Positions 41,855 through 51,484 of a DNA stretch of 62,167 nucleotides are shown here, one piece after another. The stretch spans positions 1 through 62,167 of the forward strand of contig CAZHDH010000001.1 of the NCBI GenBank assembly GCA_964531245.1, written 5' to 3'. The first letter of the stretch is position 1; every line of letters begins with the position of its first letter. Below the pieces are notes generated by a model that worked only from the letters and a program-made list of their open reading frames with translations, searched no databases and was not told the DNA's origin. The DNA comes from an uncultured Bacteroides sp. (GTDB taxonomy: Bacteria > Bacteroidota > Bacteroidia > Bacteroidales > Muribaculaceae). The position numbers were made by a program, and so were the translations under genes.

Positions 41855-42406
41855 TTAGTCTTTGAAGTAGCGGTTGTAGAGACCCTCGAAGCCTTTGCCG
41901 TGGCGAGCTTCGTCTTTGGCCATTTCGTGCACGGTGTCGTGGATAGCATCCAGACCGGCTTCTTTGGCGTTGCGGGCAATGCGCATTTTGTCTTCGTTAG
42001 CACCGGCTTCGGCCTGCATACGTTTCATGAGGTTTGTCTTGGTGTCCCAAACGCAGTCGCCCAGGAGTTCGGCAAACTTGGCAGCGTGTTCAGCTTCCTC
42101 GAAAGCATAGCGACGGAAAGCTTCGGCAATTTCGGGATAACCCTCGCGGTCGGCCTGGCGCGACATAGCCAGATACATACCTACCTCGCTGCATTCGCCG
42201 TTGAAATGAGCGGTGAGGTCGGCAATCATCTGTTCGCCGGTGCCTTTAGCCACGCCCAGCTCGTGCTCGGTCACAAACTTAAGGAGTTCTTTGGGATCAA
42301 CTTCTTTGAAAGCACTTTTGGGAGCTTTACATACGGGGCACTGTTCGGGTGCTTCATCGCCGGTGTGTACATAGCCACACACGGTGCAGATATATTCTTT
42401 TTGCAT
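41855..42406 (-). CDS. Reverse rubrerythrin / NADH peroxidase
   Basis: N-terminal rubredoxin-like CTVCGY...CPVCK; ferritin-like EEAEHA and DEARHG motifs; start placed at ATG 42406. Confidence 0.92.
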   Translation of the reverse strand: MQKEYICTVCGYVHTGDEAPEQCPVCKAPKSAFKEVDPKELLKFVTEHELGVAKGTGEQMIADLTAHFNGECSEVGMYLAMSRQADREGYPEIAEAFRRYAFEEAEHAAKFAELLGDCVWDTKTNLMKRMQAEAGANEDKMRIARNAKEAGLDAIHDTVHEMAKDEARHGKGFEGLYNRYFKD

Positions 42407-42441
42407 ATCAGTTAGAATTGTATATGAATGTGATGTGTTTG

Positions 42442-42449
42442 CAAAGTTA
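42442..42449 (-). promoter_or_regulatory. -7 promoter element for rubrerythrin
   Basis: TAACTTTG on the minus strand. Confidence 0.65.
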
Positions 42450-42535
42450 GTAATTATAGGTATTGGAAAATCTGATTTAAATAAATTTAACTCAATCGGC
42501 ACGACCTCAAAGATTGCTGCGACGTTTATAATTTA

Positions 42536-42543
42536 TAACTTTG
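42536..42543 (+). promoter_or_regulatory. -7 promoter element for mltG
   Basis: TAACTTTG. Confidence 0.65.
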
Positions 42544-42584
42544 CATCCCCGACACCGGCATAGGTGCGATATAACACTACTGAA

Positions 42585-43595
42585 ATGAAACGTTGGATTT
42601 ATATTATTATGGTGGTCGTTGCCGTGATAGGCATCGGATTGCTGTATGTGCTCAGCCGCACATTTGAGGCTGAGATGGCTACACGTGTCAACATTCCTAA
42701 GAATTCCACAACGGAATCGGTGCGCGATTCGCTTCAGACGGCTTTAGGTTCCGAGAGTGGTTCGTTGGTTTACAACCTGTGGCGCGTTGCCGGTGGTGAT
42801 GTGGCGCGGGCGCATGGTTCATATCTGGTGAATCCGGGCGATAAGCTGGTGGATGTGGCCAAGAATATTGCCGGCGGACGACAGACTCCGGTGTCGGTGA
42901 CAATCAATAACATACGCACCTTTGATCAGCTCACAAAGCACATCAGTTCAAAACTGGAAATAACCCAGGACGAACTCAAAAAAGCATTTGCCGACCGCCT
43001 CGGCGAACGCGATGATTTCGGGGTCGCCGCCACCTTTCCCGCCGGGGTATTGCCTGACACATACGAATTCTATTGGACCGATACGGCAGAACACGTGGTA
43101 GACAAACTCGTGCAGACCCGCGATAAATTCTGGAATGCCGACCGCCTGTCAAAGGCCGCGAAACTCGGACTAACGCCCGTGCAGGTGGCCACCATTGCCT
43201 CTATCGTCGAGGAAGAATCGAATAAGAAAGAGGAATTGCCCACGATTGCCCGATTGTATATCAACCGTGTGCATAAGGGGATGAAGCTGCAAGCCGATCC
43301 TACTGTAAAATACGCTCTGGGCAACTTCGGATTGCGCCGCATAACCGGCAAGGACCTGCGAGTCGACTCGCCATACAATACCTATAGAAACACCGGATTA
43401 CCGCCGGGCCCGATCCGTGTGCCGCGAGCTTCCACGATTGATGCCGTGCTCAATTCGCCCCCTCATCCATATTTATATATGTGTGCCAAGAGCGATTTCT
43501 CAGGCTTCCACGACTTTGCAGCCGATGCCAAAACGCATACGGAAAATGCCAAGAAATATTGGGCCGCTCTGAATAAACGCAAAATCTACCGATAA
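42585..43595 (+). CDS. mltG: Endolytic transglycosylase MltG
   Basis: N-terminal TM; IASIVEEE, LQADPT and SPYNTYRNTGLPPGPI motifs. Confidence 0.95.
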   Translation: MKRWIYIIMVVVAVIGIGLLYVLSRTFEAEMATRVNIPKNSTTESVRDSLQTALGSESGSLVYNLWRVAGGDVARAHGSYLVNPGDKLVDVAKNIAGGRQTPVSVTINNIRTFDQLTKHISSKLEITQDELKKAFADRLGERDDFGVAATFPAGVLPDTYEFYWTDTAEHVVDKLVQTRDKFWNADRLSKAAKLGLTPVQVATIASIVEEESNKKEELPTIARLYINRVHKGMKLQADPTVKYALGNFGLRRITGKDLRVDSPYNTYRNTGLPPGPIRVPRASTIDAVLNSPPHPYLYMCAKSDFSGFHDFAADAKTHTENAKKYWAALNKRKIYR

Positions 43596-43613
43596 TTTTT
43601 TGAGAGTTACTTA
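43593..43613. repeat. Solo terminal repeat of the MITE-like element
   Basis: taattttttgagagttactta; reverse complement TAAGTAACTCTCAAAAAATTA matches the element end. Confidence 0.75.
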
Positions 43614-44450
43614 TTCAAAAAGCTGACGCACACGCGCAGGATTTGCCCCAAGCTGAATGGCACGACGGGCATCGGCCTGCGCGTCGTCATTTCTATACCT
43701 GTCGCGGTTGAGGCGAGCACGATAGTAATATAATTCCGGATCATTGGGATAAGCCTCGAGTGCGGTGCCTATGGTTTCTGATGCTTCCGAGAGGTCGCCG
43801 CAATCCAGGTAGCACCCGGCAAGGTTGGCGTAATATTCAGGTGCAGGATCCATATCAATGAGATTTCGCAAATAAGGTATGGCCTGGCGCGCCCGGCCGC
43901 TGAGCGAATACAGGGTAGCCATAGCCACCGCGGTATCGGCCGATTTGGGAGCCACACGCGAAAGCACATCGAAATCTGCTTCGGCACCGGCAAGATCACC
44001 GCTGTAAATGCGCAACATTCCGCGATAATAGCGCGCATCGGTATTTAGAGAATCAATGCCTACGGCATGGTCGAAATCGGCAAAGGCATCGCGGTCGTGC
44101 CCAATGGCAAGCAGAGCTTTACCGCGTCCGAGCACCAGTGTGAGCATATTCGGAGCAATATCGAGCCCGCGATCGTATGTAGCCACCGCCAGCGAGTCGC
44201 GCCCCATATAGCTGTACACAGTAGCCAGATTGTTGAATAACAACGCATTCGACGGATGTTCAGGCCTCACCGACAGCGCGTCTGTGAGCCGCGCGGCAGC
44301 TTCCTCCCATCGCTGGTCGGCGATAGCTGCATCGGCTTCGCCCATTAGCAAAAAATAAGGGTCGGCCTCAAAAATCGAATCGACCTCGACCGATGCAAAA
44401 ACGGCATTAAAGCAAATCAAAGCAAGCAGCAGGCTAAATATTTTTTTCAT
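43611..44450 (-). CDS. Tetratricopeptide repeat protein, secreted
   Basis: Signal peptide from ATG 44450; repeated TPR-like helices (LFNNLATVY, ARYYRGML, YYANLAGCY, LYYYRARL). Confidence 0.85.
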   Translation of the reverse strand: MKKIFSLLLALICFNAVFASVEVDSIFEADPYFLLMGEADAAIADQRWEEAAARLTDALSVRPEHPSNALLFNNLATVYSYMGRDSLAVATYDRGLDIAPNMLTLVLGRGKALLAIGHDRDAFADFDHAVGIDSLNTDARYYRGMLRIYSGDLAGAEADFDVLSRVAPKSADTAVAMATLYSLSGRARQAIPYLRNLIDMDPAPEYYANLAGCYLDCGDLSEASETIGTALEAYPNDPELYYYRARLNRDRYRNDDAQADARRAIQLGANPARVRQLFE

Positions 44451-44480
44451 CGCTATAAACGGCTTAAATATTGACAGACG

Positions 44481-44564
44481 CAAAGTTAGCGATTTTAACG
44501 CATCCGTAGCAGAAAAATAATTATAAAAAGAGTTATCATATACCAAATTTTTGTCGTAAATTTG
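44481..44564. promoter_or_regulatory. Divergent promoter pair
   Basis: TAACTTTG (minus, 44481-44488) and TAAATTTG (plus, 44557-44564). Confidence 0.6.
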
Positions 44565-44584
44565 CAAACGAATAGCGTCCTCTG

Positions 44585-45544
44585 ATGCCCACGATGAAAA
44601 AGGTATTGCGCCACATAGAATTTCTGCTGATGACCCACGAGTGTGTCATCATTCCCGGTTTCGGGGCTGTGCTTTCGCATAGTCTTGAGGCGAGCTACGA
44701 CAGTGCATCGGGGCGTTGGACACCCCCTACCCGCGCTTTTGCGTTCAATCCTGAATTGGTGCATAACGATGGTTTGCTTGCGGCATCTATAGCGCGTCGC
44801 GAACATATCTCGATTGCAGCAGCGTCGCTCCTTGTCGATGATGCTGTAAAGGTAATGCGCCGTATGCTGGAAGCGGAAGGTCGCGTCTCACTTGGCATGG
44901 CCGGAAGCATTTCGTTGGAAAGCGATGGACGCATGATTTTCACCCCCGGAAATTCGGCTATGATGTCGCCGTCGCTTATGTGGCTGCCGCAGGTGGCCGC
45001 ACCGCTATTGCCCGGTGCAACCATCGAGCCAGGAAATACAGGCGAGGACCTTTCACGTCGCATGAGATTGCGTCGCGCTATGCAACGCGCCGGCGGTTGG
45101 GCCGCTTGCATCACAATTATGGTGGCTCTGGCGTGGATCACTGCTCGCAATATGGGCGTGGATCCCGGCGTACAATTAGCCTCAATTCTTCCGATTGAAG
45201 CAGAAGCAGAACCCGCCGCTGAGGTCGAGGCTGCTGAACCCACCCCGATTGTGGTGGTACTCGCTACCGCTCCCGCCGACGAGGTTATCGAAAATATTCC
45301 TTATACCCCTGCTCCCCACCCAGCTCCGCAAAATTATTGCTTGATCGTAGCATCTTTCGGAAGCCGCGCAGAAGCTGAGGAATATATAGCTGCAAATAAG
45401 AATCTTGAGCTGGAACTCATAAACAAAGATGGCCGTTGGCGCGTTTCAGCTGCATCGGGTTCAACTTTTCAGGAAGCCGCTGCCGCAGCCGACCACGAAC
45501 CCATTGCGTCGCTTTACCCCTCGACCTGGGTATGCCGTCGCTGA
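44585..45544 (+). CDS. HU-like/CCDC81 N-terminal domain, TM segment and C-terminal SPOR-like domain protein
   Basis: HIEFLLMTHECVIIPGFGA and FNPELVHNDGLL motifs; one TM; YCLIVASF SPOR-like motif; start may be 44594. Confidence 0.75.
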   Translation: MPTMKKVLRHIEFLLMTHECVIIPGFGAVLSHSLEASYDSASGRWTPPTRAFAFNPELVHNDGLLAASIARREHISIAAASLLVDDAVKVMRRMLEAEGRVSLGMAGSISLESDGRMIFTPGNSAMMSPSLMWLPQVAAPLLPGATIEPGNTGEDLSRRMRLRRAMQRAGGWAACITIMVALAWITARNMGVDPGVQLASILPIEAEAEPAAEVEAAEPTPIVVVLATAPADEVIENIPYTPAPHPAPQNYCLIVASFGSRAEAEEYIAANKNLELELINKDGRWRVSAASGSTFQEAAAAADHEPIASLYPSTWVCRR

Positions 45545-45612
45545 CCGTTCGGGGCGCATCGCCCCGTATGCAATCCTTAGCTCACTCATAATCAAAACAA
45601 TACATATACTAC

Positions 45613-46161
45613 ATGGAAACTCTTCACGACCTGCTTGTACGTCGCCATTCAATTCGCCGTTATACAGCCGAACCAATTTCGGCCGAAGATGTCACCACCA
45701 TACTCGAAGCCGCTCTGCTGGCACCGTCGTCAAAGAGTGCCCGTCCGTGGCAATTCGTTTTGGTAGAGGACAACAACACCCTGCAACGCCTTGCCGAATG
45801 TAAGGCCGCGGGGGCTCGCCCAATTGCTGCCTGCGCCCTGGCCGTGGTGGTGTGCGGCGAACCCGAACGCAGCGATATGTATATCGAGGATGTTTCCATT
45901 GCTGCCGCTTATATGCAGCTTCAGGCCACCGCTTTGGGGCTGGGCGCTTGCTGGATTCAGGTGCGCAACCGCTTTGCCGCCGACGGCGAAGATGCCGAGA
46001 CTATTGTACGCGAAACTTTGGGAATACCCGAAAATCTGGTGGTGGAATGTATTATGACCATTGGTCATCCCGACGAGGAACGCCGCCCTGTGGATACCTC
46101 CAAACTCCTATGGGAAAAGGTGCATATCGCAAATTGGAAATCATCTGATCCCGTGGAATGA
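45613..46161 (+). CDS. Nitroreductase family protein
   Basis: RRHSIRRY, APSSKSARPWQF and LGLGACWIQ motifs. Confidence 0.92.
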   Translation: METLHDLLVRRHSIRRYTAEPISAEDVTTILEAALLAPSSKSARPWQFVLVEDNNTLQRLAECKAAGARPIAACALAVVVCGEPERSDMYIEDVSIAAAYMQLQATALGLGACWIQVRNRFAADGEDAETIVRETLGIPENLVVECIMTIGHPDEERRPVDTSKLLWEKVHIANWKSSDPVE

Positions 46162-46931
46162 GGATAGGGATAGTAGGCAGCGGCAATGTGGCCACACATC
46201 TTGGGCGCGCTCTGGTAAACGCCGGACATCAGGTGGTGGCCGTATGTTCCCGTACAGAACAGAATGCGGCACGCCTGGCGCATCAACTCGGTGCCCGCGC
46301 TATAACCGACCCTGCCGATATGCCCGCCGACATCTGCGACGTGGTGTTAATCGCCGTGAGCGACCGCGCTGTAGCATCAGTTTCACAAACCTTGCCTGTC
46401 AGTGCAGCTATCGTAGCTCATACTTCAGGCAGTATCCCTTTAGAAACCATTGCCGCGCGACATTCCCGTGCCGGTGTGTTCTATCCCCTCCAGACATTTT
46501 CGCGCCAAGCCGACGTGGATTTCAGCACCATTCCATTGTTTATCGAGGGAACCGATGATGCTGTGAGCAACGAACTCACCGCGCTTGCATCCCTACTGTC
46601 GCACAGCGTGCATTATGCCGACTCAGAGGTGCGCTCGCGGTTGCACATTGCCGGTGTGCTCAGCTCCAATTTTCCGATTTACCTGCTTGAAATGACTCGC
46701 GAGGTATTGGGCGATATACCCTTGAATGTTGTGGAGCCGCTCGCCTTTGCATCGTTACAAAAGGCATTTGCCATGGGACCGGCCGATGCTCTCACCGGCC
46801 CCGCAAGGCGCGGCGATGTAGCCGTAGTGAAACGTCAGGCCGAGGCACTTCCCGAAGGGTTAAGCCGCCGGATTTACCTCGATATTTCACAGGCAATTCT
46901 TAATAAATATTATACCGACATAAAGCTATGA
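46158..46931 (+). CDS. Rossmann-like and DUF2520 domain protein
   Basis: IVGSGNVA, AHTSGS, FYPLQTFS and LTGPARRGD motifs. Confidence 0.88.
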   Translation: MRIGIVGSGNVATHLGRALVNAGHQVVAVCSRTEQNAARLAHQLGARAITDPADMPADICDVVLIAVSDRAVASVSQTLPVSAAIVAHTSGSIPLETIAARHSRAGVFYPLQTFSRQADVDFSTIPLFIEGTDDAVSNELTALASLLSHSVHYADSEVRSRLHIAGVLSSNFPIYLLEMTREVLGDIPLNVVEPLAFASLQKAFAMGPADALTGPARRGDVAVVKRQAEALPEGLSRRIYLDISQAILNKYYTDIKL

Positions 46932-47452
46932 GCAAGATACCCTACCCGCTTGACAAAATACGCGCTATCGTTTTTGATGTCGACGGAGTGCTTTCGCCAT
47001 CCACTATTCCTGTGGGAGATGATGGAGTGCCACGACGTATGGCTAATGTGAAAGATGGTTTTTCAATCGTACAAGCTATACGCAGCGGCATTGAAATATG
47101 TATAATCACCGGTGCCGACACTCCGGGTGTGCGTCACCGTTTTGAGATTATAGGCATACCGGCCGCTAATTTCTTTGCCGGAAAACTTGACAAACTACCC
47201 GTACTCCAGGCGTGGATGCACGAAAAAGGCCTTACCCCCGAGGAAGTGGCCTATGTGGGCGACGACCTGCCCGATGTGGCTCCGATGCGATTTGTAGGGC
47301 TACCCATCGCGCCTGCCGATGCCTCTGTGGATGCACATCAGGCCGCTTTATATATCACCCAGGCAACGGGCGGATACGGCGTAGGGCGTGAAGTGGTGGA
47401 AGAAGTGATGCGCGCTCGCGGACTATGGCCAAGCGAAGCAGCCGCTTTCTAA
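46928..47452 (+). CDS. kdsC: KdsC-family HAD phosphatase (KDO 8-phosphate phosphatase-like)
   Basis: FDVDGVL, VKDG, YVGDDLPD and GGYGVGRE motifs. Confidence 0.82.
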   Translation: MSKIPYPLDKIRAIVFDVDGVLSPSTIPVGDDGVPRRMANVKDGFSIVQAIRSGIEICIITGADTPGVRHRFEIIGIPAANFFAGKLDKLPVLQAWMHEKGLTPEEVAYVGDDLPDVAPMRFVGLPIAPADASVDAHQAALYITQATGGYGVGREVVEEVMRARGLWPSEAAAF

Positions 47453-47659
47453 AATAATTTAACTTTCGCAAATATAACTTGTGAAAAGTATGGAGGTTAA
47501 GAGTCAGAGGTTTAGGGCGTTTTTTTGAAGAGAGACATCTTATTTCTCCTATCTTATAGCCTTCTAACATATAAACTTCAAGTTTTCAAGTTCGTATGGA
47601 CTTGCGAAATTTGAGTAAAATAAGTAGATCATAACCAATTTTCAAAATAGTATATATTT

Positions 47660-48232
47660 ATGGCACGTATTCTGCTTGCATCCGGCTCGCCCCGCCGTCG
47701 CGATCTCCTCAAGATGATCGCTCCCGACTTTGAGGTGGTGTCCGGAAAGGAGGTTGACGAAACCTACCCCTCTGATCTCAACGTATATCAGGTACCCTCA
47801 TTCCTGTCGCAACTCAAGGCCCAGCCTTATCGCGACGAACTCGGCCCTGACGACATTCTCATCACTGCCGACACCGTTGTAATCCTTGACGACCACATTC
47901 TCGGAAAACCCCATTCGCGCGCCGAAGCTATCGAAATGCTTATGTCGATGCAGGGTAAGACTCACATCGTGGTTACCGGTATGACCCTGACCACCGCCAC
48001 ATCGTCGCAAACGCTCTCACAGGAGACCAGTGTGGAGTTTGACCGCCTCACATTGGCCGAGGTTGAATACTATGTTGACACCTACCGTCCATACGACAAA
48101 GCCGGAGCATACGGCATCCAGGAATGGATAGGAGCCGCAGCCATCACCGGCATCCGCGGCAGCTTCTACAATGTAATGGGCCTGCCCATCCACACCCTCT
48201 ACAAAGAGTTGCACCGCCGCGGCGTGCTGTGA
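47660..48232 (+). CDS. maf: Maf family nucleotide pyrophosphatase
   Basis: LASGSPRRR, ITADTVV, DKAGAYGIQ and NVMGLP motifs. Confidence 0.95.
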   Translation: MARILLASGSPRRRDLLKMIAPDFEVVSGKEVDETYPSDLNVYQVPSFLSQLKAQPYRDELGPDDILITADTVVILDDHILGKPHSRAEAIEMLMSMQGKTHIVVTGMTLTTATSSQTLSQETSVEFDRLTLAEVEYYVDTYRPYDKAGAYGIQEWIGAAAITGIRGSFYNVMGLPIHTLYKELHRRGVL

Positions 48233-48244
48233 AGATATTCCGCT

Positions 48245-48291
48245 AAAGCAACAGCCGGAATCTGGACGACCAGATTCCGGCTGTTGCTTTT
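48245..48291. terminator. Bidirectional terminator between maf and the amidase cassette
   Basis: aaagcaacagccggaatctgg / ccagattccggctgttgcttt perfect 21-bp arms. Confidence 0.85.
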
Positions 48292-48304
48292 ATAATAAAG
48301 GGGA

Positions 48305-50635
48305 TTATTTCACGGCTGCCTTGCGGATGCCTTTCACGGTGCGGATCAGGTAGATGCCGGGGGTGGGTGTGCCCACAACGCGACGTCCGTGAAGATCGTA
48401 AACTGCACCATCGATATCTGCAGCATCAATTTCTACTGACTCAACAGAGCTATTGCGCTTGATCACGAGGTCGTCGATATAGAACGAACCTTTCTGTGTG
48501 ATGCGGCTTTCTGTCTGAACGAGCTTGAAACCGGCGAGCATATAAGCGAACGATGCATCGAGATCAACCTCAGCAGCGCAATGTTTCCAACCCAAATATG
48601 TGAGGTCGGCAAGTTTGAGCCACTTGATGTCGGTGCCGGAGGTAACGCCAACATAGAGTTCGTGGTTGTTGAAGTCACCGTTTACATACATCTGGATTTC
48701 ATCACCTGCATCAATGAGCACGGGTTCTTCGCCGGTGTACATCCACACACATTCCCCATCGTGAGTTGCGCTGAAAGCGTAAGAGAACAAGCCTGATGAT
48801 TTGCCGTTGATCTTGGCAGCGGTACTGATCTTGCAAGTAGGAAGTGTTGTAGAGATTCCGGTAGAATGTTCGGCATTGTAAGCAAATGGAGCGGCGAGTT
48901 CGAAATTGAAGTCGGGAGTGTAAGCTTCAACGTCGGCTGTGACATCGACAGCTTTGAAGGTGAATTCGTAATCCTTGCCCATGGGGAGCAGCTCGCGGTC
49001 GCGGATTTCGCCCGAGAGGTGCGCGGTGTAAGTTTCGCCCGGCACGAGGTCCTTGTTGAAAGCAAAGATTGCGTTGCCGTAGTTGTTTGACAGTTTGTTA
49101 AACTTACAGTTACGCTTGTTAACATCCACCACATTACCCTTAGAGTCTGTGATAGTGATCATATCGTAGAGACCCGAGGTATTGAGGCTGTTATCGAAAC
49201 GGAACTCAACGGTGGGAGCGAGATAGTGGATTTCGCCGTCGGGTGCGGGGAACTGGTCGATGAGTTCCACGCGGTCGCGCGCCAGGGTGGTAAACTTGAT
49301 TTCCCAATCCTCGTTCATACCGGGATGGCTGTAAGTGCGGTCGGGTGTCGATGCGCCCTTATCAAGGCGAACGGTATAATCAGTGCTCTGGTTGAATGAA
49401 GATTCGGGCACGAAAGCTGCGTGATGCAGATTCTTGGAGTAGATGAAACGGCCCTCGACAGCAGGTGTGATGCTGAATGCCTTTTCAAACGAATCTATGT
49501 CGATGTCAGAGTTAAAGTCAAATTCGATAGTAGTGGCGCAAGATACCAGCTGTCCTTCCTCAACCACGGGTGTGTAAGAGAGGATATCAAGGGGGTATTC
49601 GCGACGCATATTCAGAGCGATATCGTTGTATGTAACCTCGTTGGCCTTAACAGTCACGGGAGATTCTGTGGTATAATATTCATCGTGAGTGGTACGGAGG
49701 GTATAATCACCGGGGGTTACGTTGCGGAACACGAACACACCGTTATACATATTGTCGGTGGTGCGTTTCTGCACTACGTTGCCGGCTTTATCCAGAAGTT
49801 CGACAAGACAGAAATTAACCGGTGCGAAACGGTCGCGTTCATAGTTATGGAAGCCCACGGGCATATCCTTTTCGCGCAGGTTATTGTCGTCGTAAACTAT
49901 ACCTGCAACGTTGCCGGTGACAAAACGATCCTCGGTATCGTAATACTCCATGATAGAGCGAACGAAATGCCAGGCTTCGAGCCACCAGTAGTCGTCGTTC
50001 ATCAGGCGGTAAGCCTCAGGGCGGTGTTCGTGCATACCACCTTCCGAGAGCAGACCCACGGTATAGAGGGTGCGGAGTACGCCCAGACCGGTCTTGTAAA
50101 CACCGAGATAGAAAGTGAGGTCACCGGCGATCTGCAGGGGATGTGTCCATACAGGAAGTTTATTGCTGTAAAGATTTTTACCGAGGATTTCACTCAAGGT
50201 GATGTTTTCGGGATAACGTGCATTACCTAAGGTCTCCTCGCGGTAAAGCATAATGGGATAATTGACATCCTCGCCGGCGTTGGAGTGGATCGAGAAGAAA
50301 AGATCTACACCAAGCTGATTAGCTTCTGCGGCGATACCCGACAATGAGCGGTCATCGGCTTCAGTATTCTTGATGCGCGACAGATAGGGAGTGGCACCCA
50401 GTGAATCCAGGATGTGGTACATGTGCAAACCCTTGTAGAGGTTTGACTTCGATTCCCAGTAACCCAGGGTATCATTCTGTGCGAAAGGATACAGGTGGAT
50501 GGGACGGTCGTTGCCGGTGTAACCACCATGTCCGGGATTGATATAGATCTTGAGGTCGCTCATGCGCTTGGCCTGAGCCTGGAAGCCTGCGGCGGCTACT
50601 ACCGCCAGCATTATAAACAGAAATATACGTTTCAT
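48305..50635 (-). CDS. N-acetylmuramoyl-L-alanine amidase (Amidase_3) with Ig-like domains and T9SS-type C-terminal signal
   Basis: Signal peptide; IYINPGHGG, WESKSN, SIHSNA and LSEGG catalytic motifs; Big_5-like repeats; C-terminal VYDLHGRRV...GIYLIR...KAAVK. Confidence 0.85.
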   Translation of the reverse strand: MKRIFLFIMLAVVAAAGFQAQAKRMSDLKIYINPGHGGYTGNDRPIHLYPFAQNDTLGYWESKSNLYKGLHMYHILDSLGATPYLSRIKNTEADDRSLSGIAAEANQLGVDLFFSIHSNAGEDVNYPIMLYREETLGNARYPENITLSEILGKNLYSNKLPVWTHPLQIAGDLTFYLGVYKTGLGVLRTLYTVGLLSEGGMHEHRPEAYRLMNDDYWWLEAWHFVRSIMEYYDTEDRFVTGNVAGIVYDDNNLREKDMPVGFHNYERDRFAPVNFCLVELLDKAGNVVQKRTTDNMYNGVFVFRNVTPGDYTLRTTHDEYYTTESPVTVKANEVTYNDIALNMRREYPLDILSYTPVVEEGQLVSCATTIEFDFNSDIDIDSFEKAFSITPAVEGRFIYSKNLHHAAFVPESSFNQSTDYTVRLDKGASTPDRTYSHPGMNEDWEIKFTTLARDRVELIDQFPAPDGEIHYLAPTVEFRFDNSLNTSGLYDMITITDSKGNVVDVNKRNCKFNKLSNNYGNAIFAFNKDLVPGETYTAHLSGEIRDRELLPMGKDYEFTFKAVDVTADVEAYTPDFNFELAAPFAYNAEHSTGISTTLPTCKISTAAKINGKSSGLFSYAFSATHDGECVWMYTGEEPVLIDAGDEIQMYVNGDFNNHELYVGVTSGTDIKWLKLADLTYLGWKHCAAEVDLDASFAYMLAGFKLVQTESRITQKGSFYIDDLVIKRNSSVESVEIDAADIDGAVYDLHGRRVVGTPTPGIYLIRTVKGIRKAAVK

Positions 50636-50650
50636 GATGTTGACGGAATA

Positions 50651-51472
50651 TTAATCGTTGATATTGAATTTATACATGAGGCCGTCGGCATCGGTATACA
50701 CCACAGTGCCGTCGAGCGATGCGGTGGCTTCGCCTACCAGAACGCTATCGGGAGTGAGGGTGCGTACAATACCGGTAGATGTGTTCACAGCCACGAGCTG
50801 TGAGCTGAGAATTCCGTAGCCATCGTCTTCGCTCACTACTGCCACGATGGTGCGGGGGCCTGCCCAGCTTACGAAATCGCCCTTGGCAAGGAGTTTCACG
50901 GCATCGGTACCATCGGCGTTGCACACATAAACACCGGAGAAGGGTTCGCAGAACGCTATCTTGGAGGCATCGCCGTTAAGCGAAGCCCAGAGATATGAGT
51001 GCGCATCAGCCACGGGGCTGATTTCAGAACGCACACCATCGAGCTGAACCGCGATATTACGATAGTCGGCCCAAGCGGCAGCTGTGCCGGCAAAAGCGGC
51101 AGCGGCATCGTTGCTGCGCGAGTGAGCCTGGACACGTGTGGCGCGCCCCTGCTCAAACGAGAAGGAACGAACATCGCGATACATAAGGCCATCGGTCATC
51201 TGTGCCGTGCGGTAGTAAACCTGCGAACCATCGGCGGTGAACACCGGCTGAAAACCGGCGGCAACTTCGGTATCGATCACTGTAACCGCACCAGAAGTGA
51301 GGTCGAGAGCTTTCAGACCGGTATGATCTACGGTTGAGTAGAGAAGGGTGTGGCCATCGGGCGATAAAACCGGATGACAAGCACCGGCTTCAATTTCGAC
51401 AGCCACAGGGCTGCCGGCACAGAGCGTCAGCGCTCCGGCCAGACAGCATGTGGTAAGGATTGTTTTAATCAT
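50651..51472 (-). CDS. Periplasmic TolB/WD40-like beta-propeller protein
   Basis: Signal peptide; PVLSPDGHTLLY, PVFTADGSQVYY and WASLNGDASKIAF blades; no T9SS signal. Confidence 0.65.
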   Translation of the reverse strand: MIKTILTTCCLAGALTLCAGSPVAVEIEAGACHPVLSPDGHTLLYSTVDHTGLKALDLTSGAVTVIDTEVAAGFQPVFTADGSQVYYRTAQMTDGLMYRDVRSFSFEQGRATRVQAHSRSNDAAAAFAGTAAAWADYRNIAVQLDGVRSEISPVADAHSYLWASLNGDASKIAFCEPFSGVYVCNADGTDAVKLLAKGDFVSWAGPRTIVAVVSEDDGYGILSSQLVAVNTSTGIVRTLTPDSVLVGEATASLDGTVVYTDADGLMYKFNIND

Positions 51473-51484
51473 TTATGCTGTTTT

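Noticed and set aside
42456..42496. Possible OxyR site upstream of rubrerythrin (ATAG...AAAT...ATAA...CAAT)
   Set aside because: Spacing is N8/N9/N8 rather than the N7 of the OxyR consensus, and the region is AT-rich; biologically plausible but not supportable from the sequence
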